From a bacterium (GTDB lineage Bacteria > Electryoneota > Electryoneia > Electryoneales > Electryoneaceae), in the NCBI GenBank assembly GCA_963675295.2, contig CAXXKJ010000002.1, positions 2,176,001 through 2,240,000 of the forward strand: 64,000 nt of DNA, written 5' to 3'. The notes beneath the pieces are model-generated. The model was not told the DNA's origin and searched no databases. It saw only the letters and a list, made by a program, of their open reading frames with translations. A program made the translations under genes and the position numbers. How positions within the stretch are numbered: the stretch's first letter is position 1; every line of letters starts with the position of its first letter. Below are positions 26,718 through 36,432 of this stretch, piece after piece.

Positions 26718-28658
26718 CTATTCATCCTTCTCACCCGGATGCGGCAGCCCGCACCACGCCCGGAACGCCGCGACCTGTTCGTCCGATGGTTCGTCCACCG
26801 GCTTCAGCTTCACCTTGGCCGGGTTGACCGCTGCGGTCAGGGTTCGTTCCATCAGCTTGCCTTCACGGGCAAGGGTGACGGTCATCGTGTCGCCCGGATC
26901 GAGCGCGGTAATCCGTTCCTGGTAGTTCCAGTCGGCGGTCCCGGAGGCGGCCAGCACCCGCCAGCCGTCAATCGCGACCAGTTCGTCCCCGTTGGACAGC
27001 CCGGCCGTTTCGGCGGGTCCGCCGTCATGGACCGTCTTGCAGATCACTTGCCCGTGTTTCGTCGTGAAGTCGACCCCGAGCCACGCGTTGTCTTCGGGTT
27101 CCTCCAGCTTGAACCCAATCCTGTTCAGCCACAGGTCTTCGTACGGCAGCGGGTCGGTTCCGGTGACAAACCGCTCCCAGAACTCGGTCGGATCGAAGCC
27201 GGTTACATCCTCGATGATGTTACGGACGCCGTCAACATCATACCCCGCACCGGTCTCGAGGTGATTCACCCACAGCTGGTGCATCACGTCGTCGAGCGAT
27301 TTCTCATCGTTGCTCTGCGCCCGGATGGACGCGTCCAGCAACGCCGCGACCAGCGCGCCTTTGCGGTAATAGTGAATGTTGTGGTTGGCGTAGTTCTCAT
27401 CCCGCCGGTAGAACTTGATCCACGCCTCGAAGCTGGCCTCCCGCAGGTTCTGCACGTCCTTGCCGGGATAGCCTTCGTGCGTCTGGATTTCTCGTTCCCA
27501 CAGCTTCAACCAGTCGGTGACCCAGTCACCGGCGTCGTCAAGCGTGGCGAGCCCGCGTCCGGTCAGCAGCACGTCATAGTAGCTGGTGAACCCTTCGATT
27601 TCAAACAGGTTGCGGGTGTAGTTTTCCTGGTCGTAATGGTAGTGATAGAAGTGGTTCGGCCGGATGCTCTTGACGTTCCAGAAGTGGAAATACTCGTGCA
27701 CGCACAGCGTCGCAAACCTCATCCGGTCCCAGCGTGATTTCAGGCTCCAGCGTTCCCACAGCAGCAACGTACCCCGGATATGTTCCAGCCCACCGCCGCC
27801 CTGGTTGTCGAGCACCGTGAGGATGCCGTAATCGTCTACCGGAAGGGCGGGGGAGCGGCCATCGACCAGCTCCATGTCGCCACGCCAGACTTTCTCAACC
27901 TCACGCATCCCCGCTTCGACCAGTGGCAGGATCTCGTCCTGCTTGTAGTTGCCGTCGCCATCAAACACCAGCCGGTGCGGCACGCCACCGATCTCGAACG
28001 GCCATGTGGTCAACGGACCCGCCATCCCGACCGTATCGTAGAACCGGTCATGCCCTGAACCGCGCCATGTGTCCGAATCGCCGGGGATTTTCGTCGCAAT
28101 CACGTCCGACGTCCAACCTTCCGGCACCACGGTCCGGATCGTCCACGCCGACAGTTCCTCGTCCAACGGTGCGACGAACACGCTCGTCGTCTGCCATTCC
28201 GCCCGCAGACTGGTGATGTACGGGGTCCGTACCGTCAGCTCACCGCCGTAGATGCGGTAGCGGATGACCAAATCGTCCCCATCCGCGTGCTCAATCCGCC
28301 ACCGGTCCTTGGCGAACTTCTCAAAGCGTAGCGTGTCCCCGTCCGCGTTGAACGCCTCGAAATGGCTCAGGTTCTTCGCGTACTCACGGATCAGGTATGA
28401 TCCTGGCGACCACACCGGCAGCGTGAGCACAGTCTCCGTCCCGGCACGTTCCGGGAAGCGGCATTCAACGTAGAAGAGACGGTCAGCGCCGTGGGTCATG
28501 TCGAGGGTGTAATGCGCCTCGGTGGACCTTTCGGCGGCGTTTGCAGCGTGCATGGTCATCAGCAGCACCAGGGTTAGCAGGATGGGACGTAACAGCGCGA
28601 GACGATTCGGTCTCACGCTGCGAGATTTCGTATCAAATGGGGGGCGAGCTGTTAGCAT
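26718..28658 (-). CDS. M61 family glycyl aminopeptidase with PDZ domain
   Basis: LPVWSPGSYL, GGGLEH, HEYFHFWNVK, EGFTSYY, YYRKG, PDZ GPAETAGL; start uncertain. Confidence 0.9.
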   Translation of the reverse strand: MLTARPPFDTKSRSVRPNRLALLRPILLTLVLLMTMHAANAAERSTEAHYTLDMTHGADRLFYVECRFPERAGTETVLTLPVWSPGSYLIREYAKNLSHFEAFNADGDTLRFEKFAKDRWRIEHADGDDLVIRYRIYGGELTVRTPYITSLRAEWQTTSVFVAPLDEELSAWTIRTVVPEGWTSDVIATKIPGDSDTWRGSGHDRFYDTVGMAGPLTTWPFEIGGVPHRLVFDGDGNYKQDEILPLVEAGMREVEKVWRGDMELVDGRSPALPVDDYGILTVLDNQGGGGLEHIRGTLLLWERWSLKSRWDRMRFATLCVHEYFHFWNVKSIRPNHFYHYHYDQENYTRNLFEIEGFTSYYDVLLTGRGLATLDDAGDWVTDWLKLWEREIQTHEGYPGKDVQNLREASFEAWIKFYRRDENYANHNIHYYRKGALVAALLDASIRAQSNDEKSLDDVMHQLWVNHLETGAGYDVDGVRNIIEDVTGFDPTEFWERFVTGTDPLPYEDLWLNRIGFKLEEPEDNAWLGVDFTTKHGQVICKTVHDGGPAETAGLSNGDELVAIDGWRVLAASGTADWNYQERITALDPGDTMTVTLAREGKLMERTLTAAVNPAKVKLKPVDEPSDEQVAAFRAWCGLPHPGEKDE

Positions 28659-28758
28659 GAACCGGAATTCCGTGCAAAACGACGAAGTTAGGAGCGCCTA
28701 AACTAACACACTCCGCATCGACTTGCACGGTTTCCTGGGATAAACCGGGAGTTCTCAG

Positions 28759-30033
28759 TTATTCCGCGCCGCTCATCGCCAGCGAGTGCAACCGCCGCAG
28801 CTGGTTCGCCATCGCGGGGGTAAGCGGTTTGTCTCGTCGTCCGAGGACAACCTCCGCCGTCTGCAGGAACTTGTTGAGGTCATAGATCTCGAATCCATCC
28901 GCGCCACCCCAGCGGAACGCGCCGATGGTCTTCGGCGGGAAGCCGGACCCGAACAGGTTGCTGCCAACACCGATGACGGTACCCGTGTTAATCTGCGTAT
29001 TGATCGCGGTTTTGACGTGATCGCCGATGATACAGCCGAAATGCGCGCTCCCGGTGCTGATCCGTTCGCCCTGGATCACGACATCCACGTTGGAATAGTT
29101 GTTCTTCAGGTCGCTGTTGTTGGTGTCCGCACCGAGGTTGACCCATTCGCCGACGATGGAGTTGCCGAGGAAGCCGTCATGCTGCTTATTCGAGTGGCCG
29201 ATGAAGATGCTTTCGGCAATCTCACCCCCGAGCTTGCACACCGGCCCGATCGACAGCGGACCGTAGAGCTTCGCCCCAGCCTTGATCGTGCAGTTCGCAC
29301 CGATCACGGCCGGTCCGATGATGATCGCACCGGGCATCACCTTCGTGCCTTCCATGATCACGACCGGCCCGTCGCTTGCGTCGAGGATCGCACCGGCACC
29401 GATGGTCGCGCCCGCAGCCACATGGATGTTGGTCTCTTCGACCAGGATCGTGGTGTGATGGACTTCGCCGTCCAGCTGTCCATCGCCGACACGGGGCAAC
29501 GCGTCATGGATGAAGTCACGTTGTTTGTGCAACAAGTCCCACGGCCACCACGCGAGTGCATGTTTGAGTTCGTGAATTTCGACTTCCGGCGCACCACTCT
29601 CCTGCGTCCACAGGTTGATCAACATTTGCGCAGAATAATCGGTGGGGTTCTGAGTCGGGAGTTTGAACCAGCGTCGAGCAACGGAGGACGGAATACGAGC
29701 CGCAACAACGTCTCCACCGTCCACCCACAGCGTGTGAGGGGTTTTTGGAGCCAACCCTTCCACCGGGAGGTCGCCGATCGTCCGTCCATTCACGAGCAGG
29801 ACGTCATCACGAGTCGGCAGATTCGTCGCCCGCGCCCCCTGCGTTTCCTTGACCAGATCCTTGAGCTCAGTCCGCGGAATCCACGAGTATGGTTGCGCGT
29901 CAAACCGTCTGGCGATGCGGTTTCCAAGCGTTTCGAGGCCGAGGACGAGATCCCAGACAGGGCGCAAAGTGGTTAACGGTCCGAAGCGTCGGTAACCCGG
30001 ATCTTCGAACAGAATCAGGGGTATTTGTTTCAT
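28759..30033 (-). CDS. GlmU-like sugar-phosphate nucleotidyltransferase/acetyltransferase (NTP_transf_4 + hexapeptide)
   Basis: PLTTLRPV, hexapeptide repeats, SNKQHDGFLG, NLGADTNNSDLKNNY. Confidence 0.85.
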   Translation of the reverse strand: MKQIPLILFEDPGYRRFGPLTTLRPVWDLVLGLETLGNRIARRFDAQPYSWIPRTELKDLVKETQGARATNLPTRDDVLLVNGRTIGDLPVEGLAPKTPHTLWVDGGDVVAARIPSSVARRWFKLPTQNPTDYSAQMLINLWTQESGAPEVEIHELKHALAWWPWDLLHKQRDFIHDALPRVGDGQLDGEVHHTTILVEETNIHVAAGATIGAGAILDASDGPVVIMEGTKVMPGAIIIGPAVIGANCTIKAGAKLYGPLSIGPVCKLGGEIAESIFIGHSNKQHDGFLGNSIVGEWVNLGADTNNSDLKNNYSNVDVVIQGERISTGSAHFGCIIGDHVKTAINTQINTGTVIGVGSNLFGSGFPPKTIGAFRWGGADGFEIYDLNKFLQTAEVVLGRRDKPLTPAMANQLRRLHSLAMSGAE

Positions 30034-30221
30034 GAAATTCCTCCATGGTTGGCGCGGTCAAGGTACGATGCGCAGTTGGCAGCGGCAACATCTTAAGAAA
30101 CAGCTCCATATCTGCCCCAGTTGAGTCTGATGTGATCGTCATCACTTTACTTAGGAGATTGCTAGACCTACTTTACTCCCGTGAGAGAAACCGGGCTGAC
30201 CGTCAAGGCGAGGAAAGCAGA

Positions 30222-30584
30222 ATGAGTTCGCAACGACCCAGAACGTTTATTAAACGTGATGTCGTCGAAATGACCGCCAGAAGTACTGGGCTTGACCCGA
30301 AGGTGGTCGCTCCGATCGTGGATGCTGCATTTACAACAATGCGGGACATGATCGTGAACACTCCAGGTGAGTGTCGTATTGAGATTCGTGATTTCGGCGT
30401 GCTCCAGGTGAAGAACACCGCACCCAAACCGAAAGCTCGCAATCCACGCAAACCTGGGGAAGAGATTTACATCCCGGCACGGCGGAAGACACATTTCCGT
30501 CCTGGGCGCCGCATCAAGGAAGCCCTGCAGAAACCGTTGGATGAGCTCGAACTGGAACGCGGTCACAAACAAGATGGGCGATGA
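30222..30584 (+). CDS. HU/IHF family DNA-binding protein
   Basis: RIEIRDFG, ARNPRKPGE, HFRPG; AGGA RBS. Confidence 0.9.
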   Translation: MSSQRPRTFIKRDVVEMTARSTGLDPKVVAPIVDAAFTTMRDMIVNTPGECRIEIRDFGVLQVKNTAPKPKARNPRKPGEEIYIPARRKTHFRPGRRIKEALQKPLDELELERGHKQDGR

Positions 30585-30817
30585 ACGTGAAGTTTTCGAT
30601 TGAGTATTGTGTCGTTTGAAACTACGAACCACGCGCCGCCAGGTTGGCGGACGATTTGGCAAAGGTTTTCCCTGACGCGCAGATCAAGATGATCCACGGC
30701 CGGGGTGGAATATTCGACGTGATGTACGAGGGTGAGCTCGTATTTTCCAAGCACAAGCAGGGGCGTTTCCCGGACAGCCGTGAAGTAATTGGTACGGTCG
30801 AGGAACGGATCCGCTAA
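30581..30817 (+). CDS. Rdx (SelW/SelT/SelH-like) selenoprotein, TGA 30617-30619 read as Sec
   Basis: Manual translation MNVKFSIEYCVVUNYEPRAARLA...GRGGIFDV...LVFSKHKQGRFP...EERIR; ATGA overlap with HU stop. Confidence 0.88.
30636..30650 (+). promoter_or_regulatory. Putative bacterial SECIS hairpin
   Basis: CCGCCA-GGT-TGGCGG starting 16 nt after the in-frame TGA, G-leading loop. Confidence 0.7.
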
Positions 30818-30842
30818 CCCTTGTCACCAGAACTGTCAATCC

Positions 30843-30867
30843 AAGCACCCTTTTCGGGTGCTTTTTT
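30843..30867 (+). terminator. Rho-independent terminator
   Basis: AAGCACCC-TTTTC-GGGTGCTT plus T run. Confidence 0.85.
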
Positions 30868-31105
30868 CGTGCCCGCCCGGATCGACGATTTCAGTGGCAG
30901 GACCACAGATGCCTCACAGTGCCTTCCATTGCGATCAAACTGGCCCGTTTCTACTTTTACGAACTACGGATTCGCGCACCGCGAGTCGACCGCAAATGGC
31001 AACATCCCCAACGGTCTTCAACGATTGTACGGTGTGGGATAATCCCATCCCGCAGTCGATTCAAGCGATACGAGAACGATTTTCCCCTGAAAGAGGAGAA
31101 GCACC

Positions 31106-31702
31106 ATGGCAGTGATGGTTGGCAAGGAAGCCCCGGCATTCAGCGCGATGGCGTACAAGGCGGGCGAAGAGGATTTTCAGACGATCCATCTTCGTGACCT
31201 GCGCGGCAAATGGGTTGTGCTGATGTTCTACCCGGCCGACTTCACGTTTGTCTGCCCGACGGAACTGGTTTCCGTCGCGAATCACTACGCGTCCCTGCAG
31301 GACAAGAAAGTGGAGGTGCTCTCGGTCAGCACTGACAGCCACTTCGTGCACAAGATGTGGAACGAGGTGGAATTGAACAAGATGATCGACGGCGGCCTGC
31401 CGTTCCCGATGCTGTATGACGCAGGTGGCCGCATCGGCAGCGACTACGGTGTTTATGACCCGGAAAGCGCGATGGATGGCCGCGGCACGTTCCTGATCGA
31501 TCCGGACGGCCTGTTGCAGTCCGTCATGATCACCAGCCCGGGCGTTGGCCGTTCCGCGAAGGAACTGATCCGCCAGATCGATGCCTATCAGTACGCGCGC
31601 GAGAACACCGGCAAAGTGGTCCCGGCGGATTGGGAGGCCGGCGGCAAGGTGCTGGACCCGAGCCTCTCGCTGGTCGGTCACGTTTGTGACGTGCCGGAAT
31701 AA
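31106..31702 (+). CDS. AhpC/Prx1-type peroxiredoxin (PrxU-like, Cys form)
   Basis: FYPADFTFVCPTE, STDSHFVHKMW, RGTFLIDPDG, VGRS; GAGGAG RBS. Confidence 0.92.
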   Translation: MAVMVGKEAPAFSAMAYKAGEEDFQTIHLRDLRGKWVVLMFYPADFTFVCPTELVSVANHYASLQDKKVEVLSVSTDSHFVHKMWNEVELNKMIDGGLPFPMLYDAGGRIGSDYGVYDPESAMDGRGTFLIDPDGLLQSVMITSPGVGRSAKELIRQIDAYQYARENTGKVVPADWEAGGKVLDPSLSLVGHVCDVPE

Positions 31703-31738
31703 TCCGCTTCGCAGTGACACAGTCAGTACGTTTGATCG

Positions 31739-31772
31739 AACCCGGTGCAACGCGCCGGGTTTTCTTGTTTTT
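31739..31772 (+). terminator. Rho-independent terminator
   Basis: AACCCGGTGC..GCGCCGGGTT followed by T-rich tract. Confidence 0.75.
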
Positions 31773-32152
31773 CCGCTTTACAGATCCCTCCAACAACTCG
31801 CCAGCAATTCTTCAATAAGAAGTGCGTCTTCAGCCGGGGCAAGGCTTCGGGAAAACTTAAAGTTCTTACTTCAGATTTGCAGATGCCTGAAGCGGGTCTG
31901 CTGAATCACTTGAGGTTTGAAGTCGGACGCGGAAAATACGACGATCCGCTGAAAGCCTTGCTACCACTCGACATATCCACTGGTATTGCTTGGCCATTTT
32001 GGTGATTGCGGCATGCTGCCGCCATGCGAGAGGTAGGGGAGAGGCGGTATCAGTTGAAGTTTTCGTCACGATGAATCGTAAGAAATACAAGAGTTTGCAT
32101 TGAAATGAACTCAATGATTCAAGAAAACCTGAAGTAAGTGCGGAGCAAGAGT

Positions 32153-32180
32153 TAAAGTTGTCAGTTCAGGATTCCGATAG
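32153..32180 (+). promoter_or_regulatory. Sigma-28 (FliA/SigD) promoter
   Basis: TAAA-N16-TCCGATAG upstream of flagellin; consensus TAAA-N15/16-GCCGATAA. Confidence 0.7.
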
Positions 32181-32286
32181 GAGAGGGAACGACCGAAAGG
32201 ACAGTCGTCCCAACTCCCCAGGCCGGACGGCTGAACCTCAACAACAGGCGAGCGATAGCAGCCGCCTTTGTAGAAGGAGCCCGACC

Positions 32287-33123
32287 ATGAGCACAACACG
32301 CATTAACCACAACATCCTCTCGATGACGGCGCAGAGGAACCTGAATGGGACTCAGAACAGTCTGGACACTGCGATCCAGCGTCTGAGCTCCGGTCTGCGC
32401 GTGAACTACGCGTGGGACGACCCGGCCGGCTTGGCGGTGTCGGAACGTTTCCGTGCGCAGATCGAGTCGATGGACATGGCAGAACGGAACGCCAACTACA
32501 ACGTCAACCTGCTGGCGACGGCGGAAGGTGCGTTGTCGGTGGTCGACGACAAGCTGGTCCGCATGCGTGCGCTGGCGATCCAGGCCAGTAACGGCGCGTT
32601 GACCTCGGAAGACCGTGCGTATCTCGACACGGAGTTCCAGCAGATGGTCAGTGAAATCACGCGAATCGCGAACACGACCAACTACAACGGTCTGTACCTG
32701 CTGAACGGTAGCCTCAGCCAGACCGGCATCAAGTTCCACATCGGCACGTTCAACACCATGCAGGACGACTACTACTACGTGCAGATGCAGTCGATGACGT
32801 CAAACGATCTCGGCATCGACGCGCTGAACTTGACAGACACGGTCAATGCCCAGGGTGCGATTCTCAGTCTCGACAACGCGATCGAGATCAAGGACGCGGA
32901 GCGTACCCGGATCGGTGCCTTCGTCAACCGTCTCCAGGGCACGATTCAGAACCTGCAGATCCAGCGCGAAAACGCCACGGCGTCTGAATCGGAAATCCGT
33001 GACGCGGATGTTGCGCGCGAGATGAGTGAATTCGTCCGCTCGCAGATCCTGATGCAGACCGGTGTCTCGGTGCTGGCGCAGGCGAACCAGGTTCCGCAGA
33101 TGATCGCGCAGCTGGTGGGATAA
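32287..33123 (+). CDS. fliC: Flagellin (short, 278 aa), copy 1
   Basis: RINHN, RLSSGLRVN, DDPAGLA, ESEIRDADVA, LAQANQ; AAGGAG RBS. Confidence 0.95.
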   Translation: MSTTRINHNILSMTAQRNLNGTQNSLDTAIQRLSSGLRVNYAWDDPAGLAVSERFRAQIESMDMAERNANYNVNLLATAEGALSVVDDKLVRMRALAIQASNGALTSEDRAYLDTEFQQMVSEITRIANTTNYNGLYLLNGSLSQTGIKFHIGTFNTMQDDYYYVQMQSMTSNDLGIDALNLTDTVNAQGAILSLDNAIEIKDAERTRIGAFVNRLQGTIQNLQIQRENATASESEIRDADVAREMSEFVRSQILMQTGVSVLAQANQVPQMIAQLVG

Positions 33124-33183
33124 TCTGATGCGCGTGCAAACCACAATAACGCCTGATCCACTCACCGGGAGGAGGAACCCTCG

Positions 33184-33570
33184 ATGAGCAACCCGATGGC
33201 CAATGGGGCCAAGCTGTACAGTATCGGGCAGGTGCACGCGATTACGGGTATCCCGAAGCCAACACTCCGATTCTGGGAAAAGGAATTCTCGGGCTATTTG
33301 GCACCGCAGAGGACCGAAGGGAATCAGCGGCGATATGACGAGCAGGCGATCCAACGAATTGAACGGATCAACAAGCTCGTACACAGTGAAGGCTATACGC
33401 TCGAGGGCGCGCGACGGAAGCTGGCCGCGGAAGATGCAGCAAAAGAAGCAGCCGAGGCGGCCATGCCCGGCATCGATGAGAAGCACCTGCACCAGTTAGC
33501 GGAAACCATGTCGGACTATCTGTTGAAGAAATTGTTCATCCACAGCCAGTCCGGCGAAAACCCGAGTTAA
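33184..33570 (+). CDS. MerR-family HTH regulator
   Basis: YSIGQV...TLRFWEKEF...QRRY...GYTLEGARRKL. Confidence 0.88.
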   Translation: MSNPMANGAKLYSIGQVHAITGIPKPTLRFWEKEFSGYLAPQRTEGNQRRYDEQAIQRIERINKLVHSEGYTLEGARRKLAAEDAAKEAAEAAMPGIDEKHLHQLAETMSDYLLKKLFIHSQSGENPS

Positions 33571-33833
33571 CAGCAAGAGAGCTTGCTGATACTGTCCGGA
33601 ACGAATCCCGTCTGTTCCGGCTAAGCAGGCATCCGGTGGGATAACGCCCCGCTCTTTGACAAGCGAGCCAACTACCGATCATCGCGGATGGAGTGCTCAC
33701 AACGGCGAGTTTTCGCCGATTCCACGCGACACTGCACAGGTATCGCAACCCCGCATGATACCGGTGGTAGGCCTAAGTGTTTTAAGGATCGGGTGACCGT
33801 GCCGCGTTCAGGCACACCCACAAGGAGGTACAC

Positions 33834-34667
33834 ATGAGTACCAGGATTAACCACAATATTTTGTCGCTGACCGCGCAAAGGAATCTGCAGACCACCCAAC
33901 TCGATATGGACACGGCGCTCACGCGTCTGTCCTCGGGTCTGCGTGTGAACTTCGCGTGGGATGACCCAGCCGGCCTGGCAGTTTCGGAACGGTTCCGTGC
34001 CCAGATCGCCTCGATGGAAGAGGCGGAAAGGAACGCGAACTACAACATCAACCTGCTCGCCACGGCGGAAGGGGCCCTTCAGGTCATCGACGAAAAACTC
34101 GTCCGGATGCGTGCGCTGGCGGTGCAGGCGAGTAACGGTGCTCTCACCAGTGAGGACCGCAGCTACCTGCACACTGAATTCGACCAGCTTCGTTCAGAAG
34201 TGACACGCATTGCCAACACGACCAACTACAACGGACTGTATCTGCTCGACGGCAGTCTCAGCGGAACCGGCATCAAGTTCCACATCGGCACGTACAATAC
34301 TCGCAACGACGATTACTACTACGTGACGATGACTTCGATGACCGCGACCGATCTCGGGATTGACGGTTTGACCTTGGCCGATACGGCGAACGCGCAGTCG
34401 GCGATTACCACCATCGACAGCGCGATCACGACCAAGGACAACGAGCGTACACGGATCGGTTCGTATGTGGAACGTCTGCAGAACACCGTGTTGAACCTGC
34501 AGATCCAGCGCGAGAACGCAACAGCGTCCGAATCGCAGATTCGCGACGCGGACATCGCGGCGGAAATGAGCAACTTCGTGCGTGCTCAGATCCTCATGCA
34601 GTCCGGCGTCTCCATGCTGGCGCAGGCCAACCAGGTCCCGCAGATCGTTGCCGGTCTGATTGGCTAG
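33834..34667 (+). CDS. fliC: Flagellin (short, 277 aa), copy 2
   Basis: Same motifs as copy 1; AAGGAGG RBS. Confidence 0.95.
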   Translation: MSTRINHNILSLTAQRNLQTTQLDMDTALTRLSSGLRVNFAWDDPAGLAVSERFRAQIASMEEAERNANYNINLLATAEGALQVIDEKLVRMRALAVQASNGALTSEDRSYLHTEFDQLRSEVTRIANTTNYNGLYLLDGSLSGTGIKFHIGTYNTRNDDYYYVTMTSMTATDLGIDGLTLADTANAQSAITTIDSAITTKDNERTRIGSYVERLQNTVLNLQIQRENATASESQIRDADIAAEMSNFVRAQILMQSGVSMLAQANQVPQIVAGLIG

Positions 34668-34685
34668 TCTCGAATTCTACGCCAA

Positions 34686-34718
34686 AGAAAACCCCTCACT
34701 TCGGTGAGGGGTTTTTCT
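34686..34718. terminator. Bidirectional terminator
   Basis: AAAACCCCTCAC-TTCG-GTGAGGGGTTTTT between convergent genes. Confidence 0.9.
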
Positions 34719-34742
34719 GTTTGTCGGAGTAGGATACAACCG

Positions 34743-35144
34743 CTACAAACCCGGTGCCTGCAGGCTGCCGGGGATCAACTCACGAATGCGCTGGAACAGT
34801 TCAGAGAGATCGAACGGTTTTTCCAGGTAGGCGTCCGGCTCGTATTCCGATTCCTCGACCAGACGTTTCAGATGCGCGTAGCCAGTGATCAGAAACACCG
34901 GGATCTCCGGGCTGTGCGCCTTGATCTTGTCCATCAGCTGGGCACCGTTCATGCCCGGCATGAAGATATCGCTGATCACGAGATCGACGTTGCCATCAAT
35001 CTCCTGAAACAAGTCCCAGGCTTTCTGCCCATCCGGTGCCCCGAGAACCTCCGCACCGAACATCTGGAACCCCTGAGTGTAGAGATCCAGCAAATCCGGT
35101 TCGTCTTCAGCGATGAGCAGTTTCAACTTTCCGTTGTCAGACAA
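34743..35144 (-). CDS. Single-domain response regulator (CheY-like)
   Basis: IAEDE, ISDIFMPGMNG, ITG, KPF. Confidence 0.9.
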   Translation of the reverse strand: MSDNGKLKLLIAEDEPDLLDLYTQGFQMFGAEVLGAPDGQKAWDLFQEIDGNVDLVISDIFMPGMNGAQLMDKIKAHSPEIPVFLITGYAHLKRLVEESEYEPDAYLEKPFDLSELFQRIRELIPGSLQAPGL

Positions 35145-35364
35145 GGTCGTTCTCCAATGCCAAAAAACCGGCTGTTACAGTGGGTATGATTGACGTTGAA
35201 GATAGAGAACAGGGTCCGGTCTCTCCAAGCAAACTCCAAGAAACTGCCCCCACCTTCGAGCTAGCTACAGGTATTATTATTAAAATTATATTATTGATAA
35301 TATAATTATAATTTAACCCTGAGGCAACGCCGGGATTGACCGTTCAGCCCGGAGAAATGTATCG

Positions 35365-36432
35365 CTATTTTTCGATAGGCTCAGTGTTGACAAGATCTTG
35401 AACGCTCTCCGCGTCCGTGCGCTGAGAGTCATCTTCCGGACCCTGGGCAAATCGATCAAGTGCCCGCAGGGTTTCGTCCATCGTTTCCACCTCGATGATC
35501 CGCATCCAGGTTCGCCGTGAATCGATGTGTCCCTTGATGTAGTTGCGCACCACTTTCCGCAGTTCGAGCACGCCACGCCGTTCGCCCTTGTCGGCGACAT
35601 TGGCGCGCAGGTGTTCCATCGCCACGCGTGCCTTTTCCGCACGGTCCGGCAGCGGATCGACGGTCTCGCCCGCCAGCGCCTGCCATGTTCGCTGCAGCAG
35701 CCACGGGTTGCCGATCCCGCCCCGGGCGATCATCACGCCGTCGACGCCGTCCAGCGCAGCCATCGTTTGCGCGTCACGCACCGTCCAGATATCGCCGTTG
35801 CCCATCACCGGCACGTCGATTTGCGTCGCGGCTTTCGACAACGCTGGCCAGTCGGCGGGGTGGCGGGGACGGTCGGCCTTGAGCCGCGCGTGAATCGTCG
35901 CCTGGCTCGCGCCGGCCTCTAGGCAGGCGTGCACCACGTCCACCACTTCCGTTTTTTCCCGGATGCCGAGTCGGGTTTTAATCGAGACGGGGATACCGTC
36001 CGCGTTCTCGACCATCCGTCGCACCGATTCCGCGGCCACATCCGGCGTCGCCATCATCCCGCAGCCCGCGCCACGGTTGGCGACCTTGCGCACCGGGCAG
36101 CCCATGTTGAGGTCGAACCCGTCCGGGTTGTACCGCTCACGGACAGCCGCGACGGCTTCGCCCAGCGCTTCCGGTACATTATCGTAGAGTTGCACGACCA
36201 GCGGACGTTCCATTTCCTCGAAATGGACCATATCCCACACCCGTTTCGCGCCGGCTAGCAATCCCCGTGCGGGAGCGAATTCGGTGTACAGGATCACCTT
36301 CGGCGCGATCGAGCGCACCAGGCGCCGGTAGGGGCTATCGGTGACGGCTTCCATCGGCGCCAGCGCGACCAGCGGCCGCTGGCTGTGCCACGGTGACGGC
36401 GAGGGTGTTGTTGTGCTACGGTCAATCGGCAT
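35365..36432 (-). CDS. tRNA-dihydrouridine synthase (DusB-like)
   Basis: LAPMEAVTD, DLNMGCP, SIKTRLG, IHAR, GNGD, MIARG; start uncertain. Confidence 0.9.
   Translation of the reverse strand: MPIDRSTTTPSPSPWHSQRPLVALAPMEAVTDSPYRRLVRSIAPKVILYTEFAPARGLLAGAKRVWDMVHFEEMERPLVVQLYDNVPEALGEAVAAVRERYNPDGFDLNMGCPVRKVANRGAGCGMMATPDVAAESVRRMVENADGIPVSIKTRLGIREKTEVVDVVHACLEAGASQATIHARLKADRPRHPADWPALSKAATQIDVPVMGNGDIWTVRDAQTMAALDGVDGVMIARGGIGNPWLLQRTWQALAGETVDPLPDRAEKARVAMEHLRANVADKGERRGVLELRKVVRNYIKGHIDSRRTWMRIIEVETMDETLRALDRFAQGPEDDSQRTDAESVQDLVNTEPIEK

Noticed and set aside
30584-30840. Possible ncRNA (6S/tmRNA) between HU gene and terminator
   Set aside because: Explained by the Rdx selenoprotein reading frame
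33571-33833. Possible c-di-GMP riboswitch upstream of flagellin 2
   Set aside because: Hairpins present but consensus GGCAAA/GAAA tetraloop-receptor features not recognised; needs an Rfam scan
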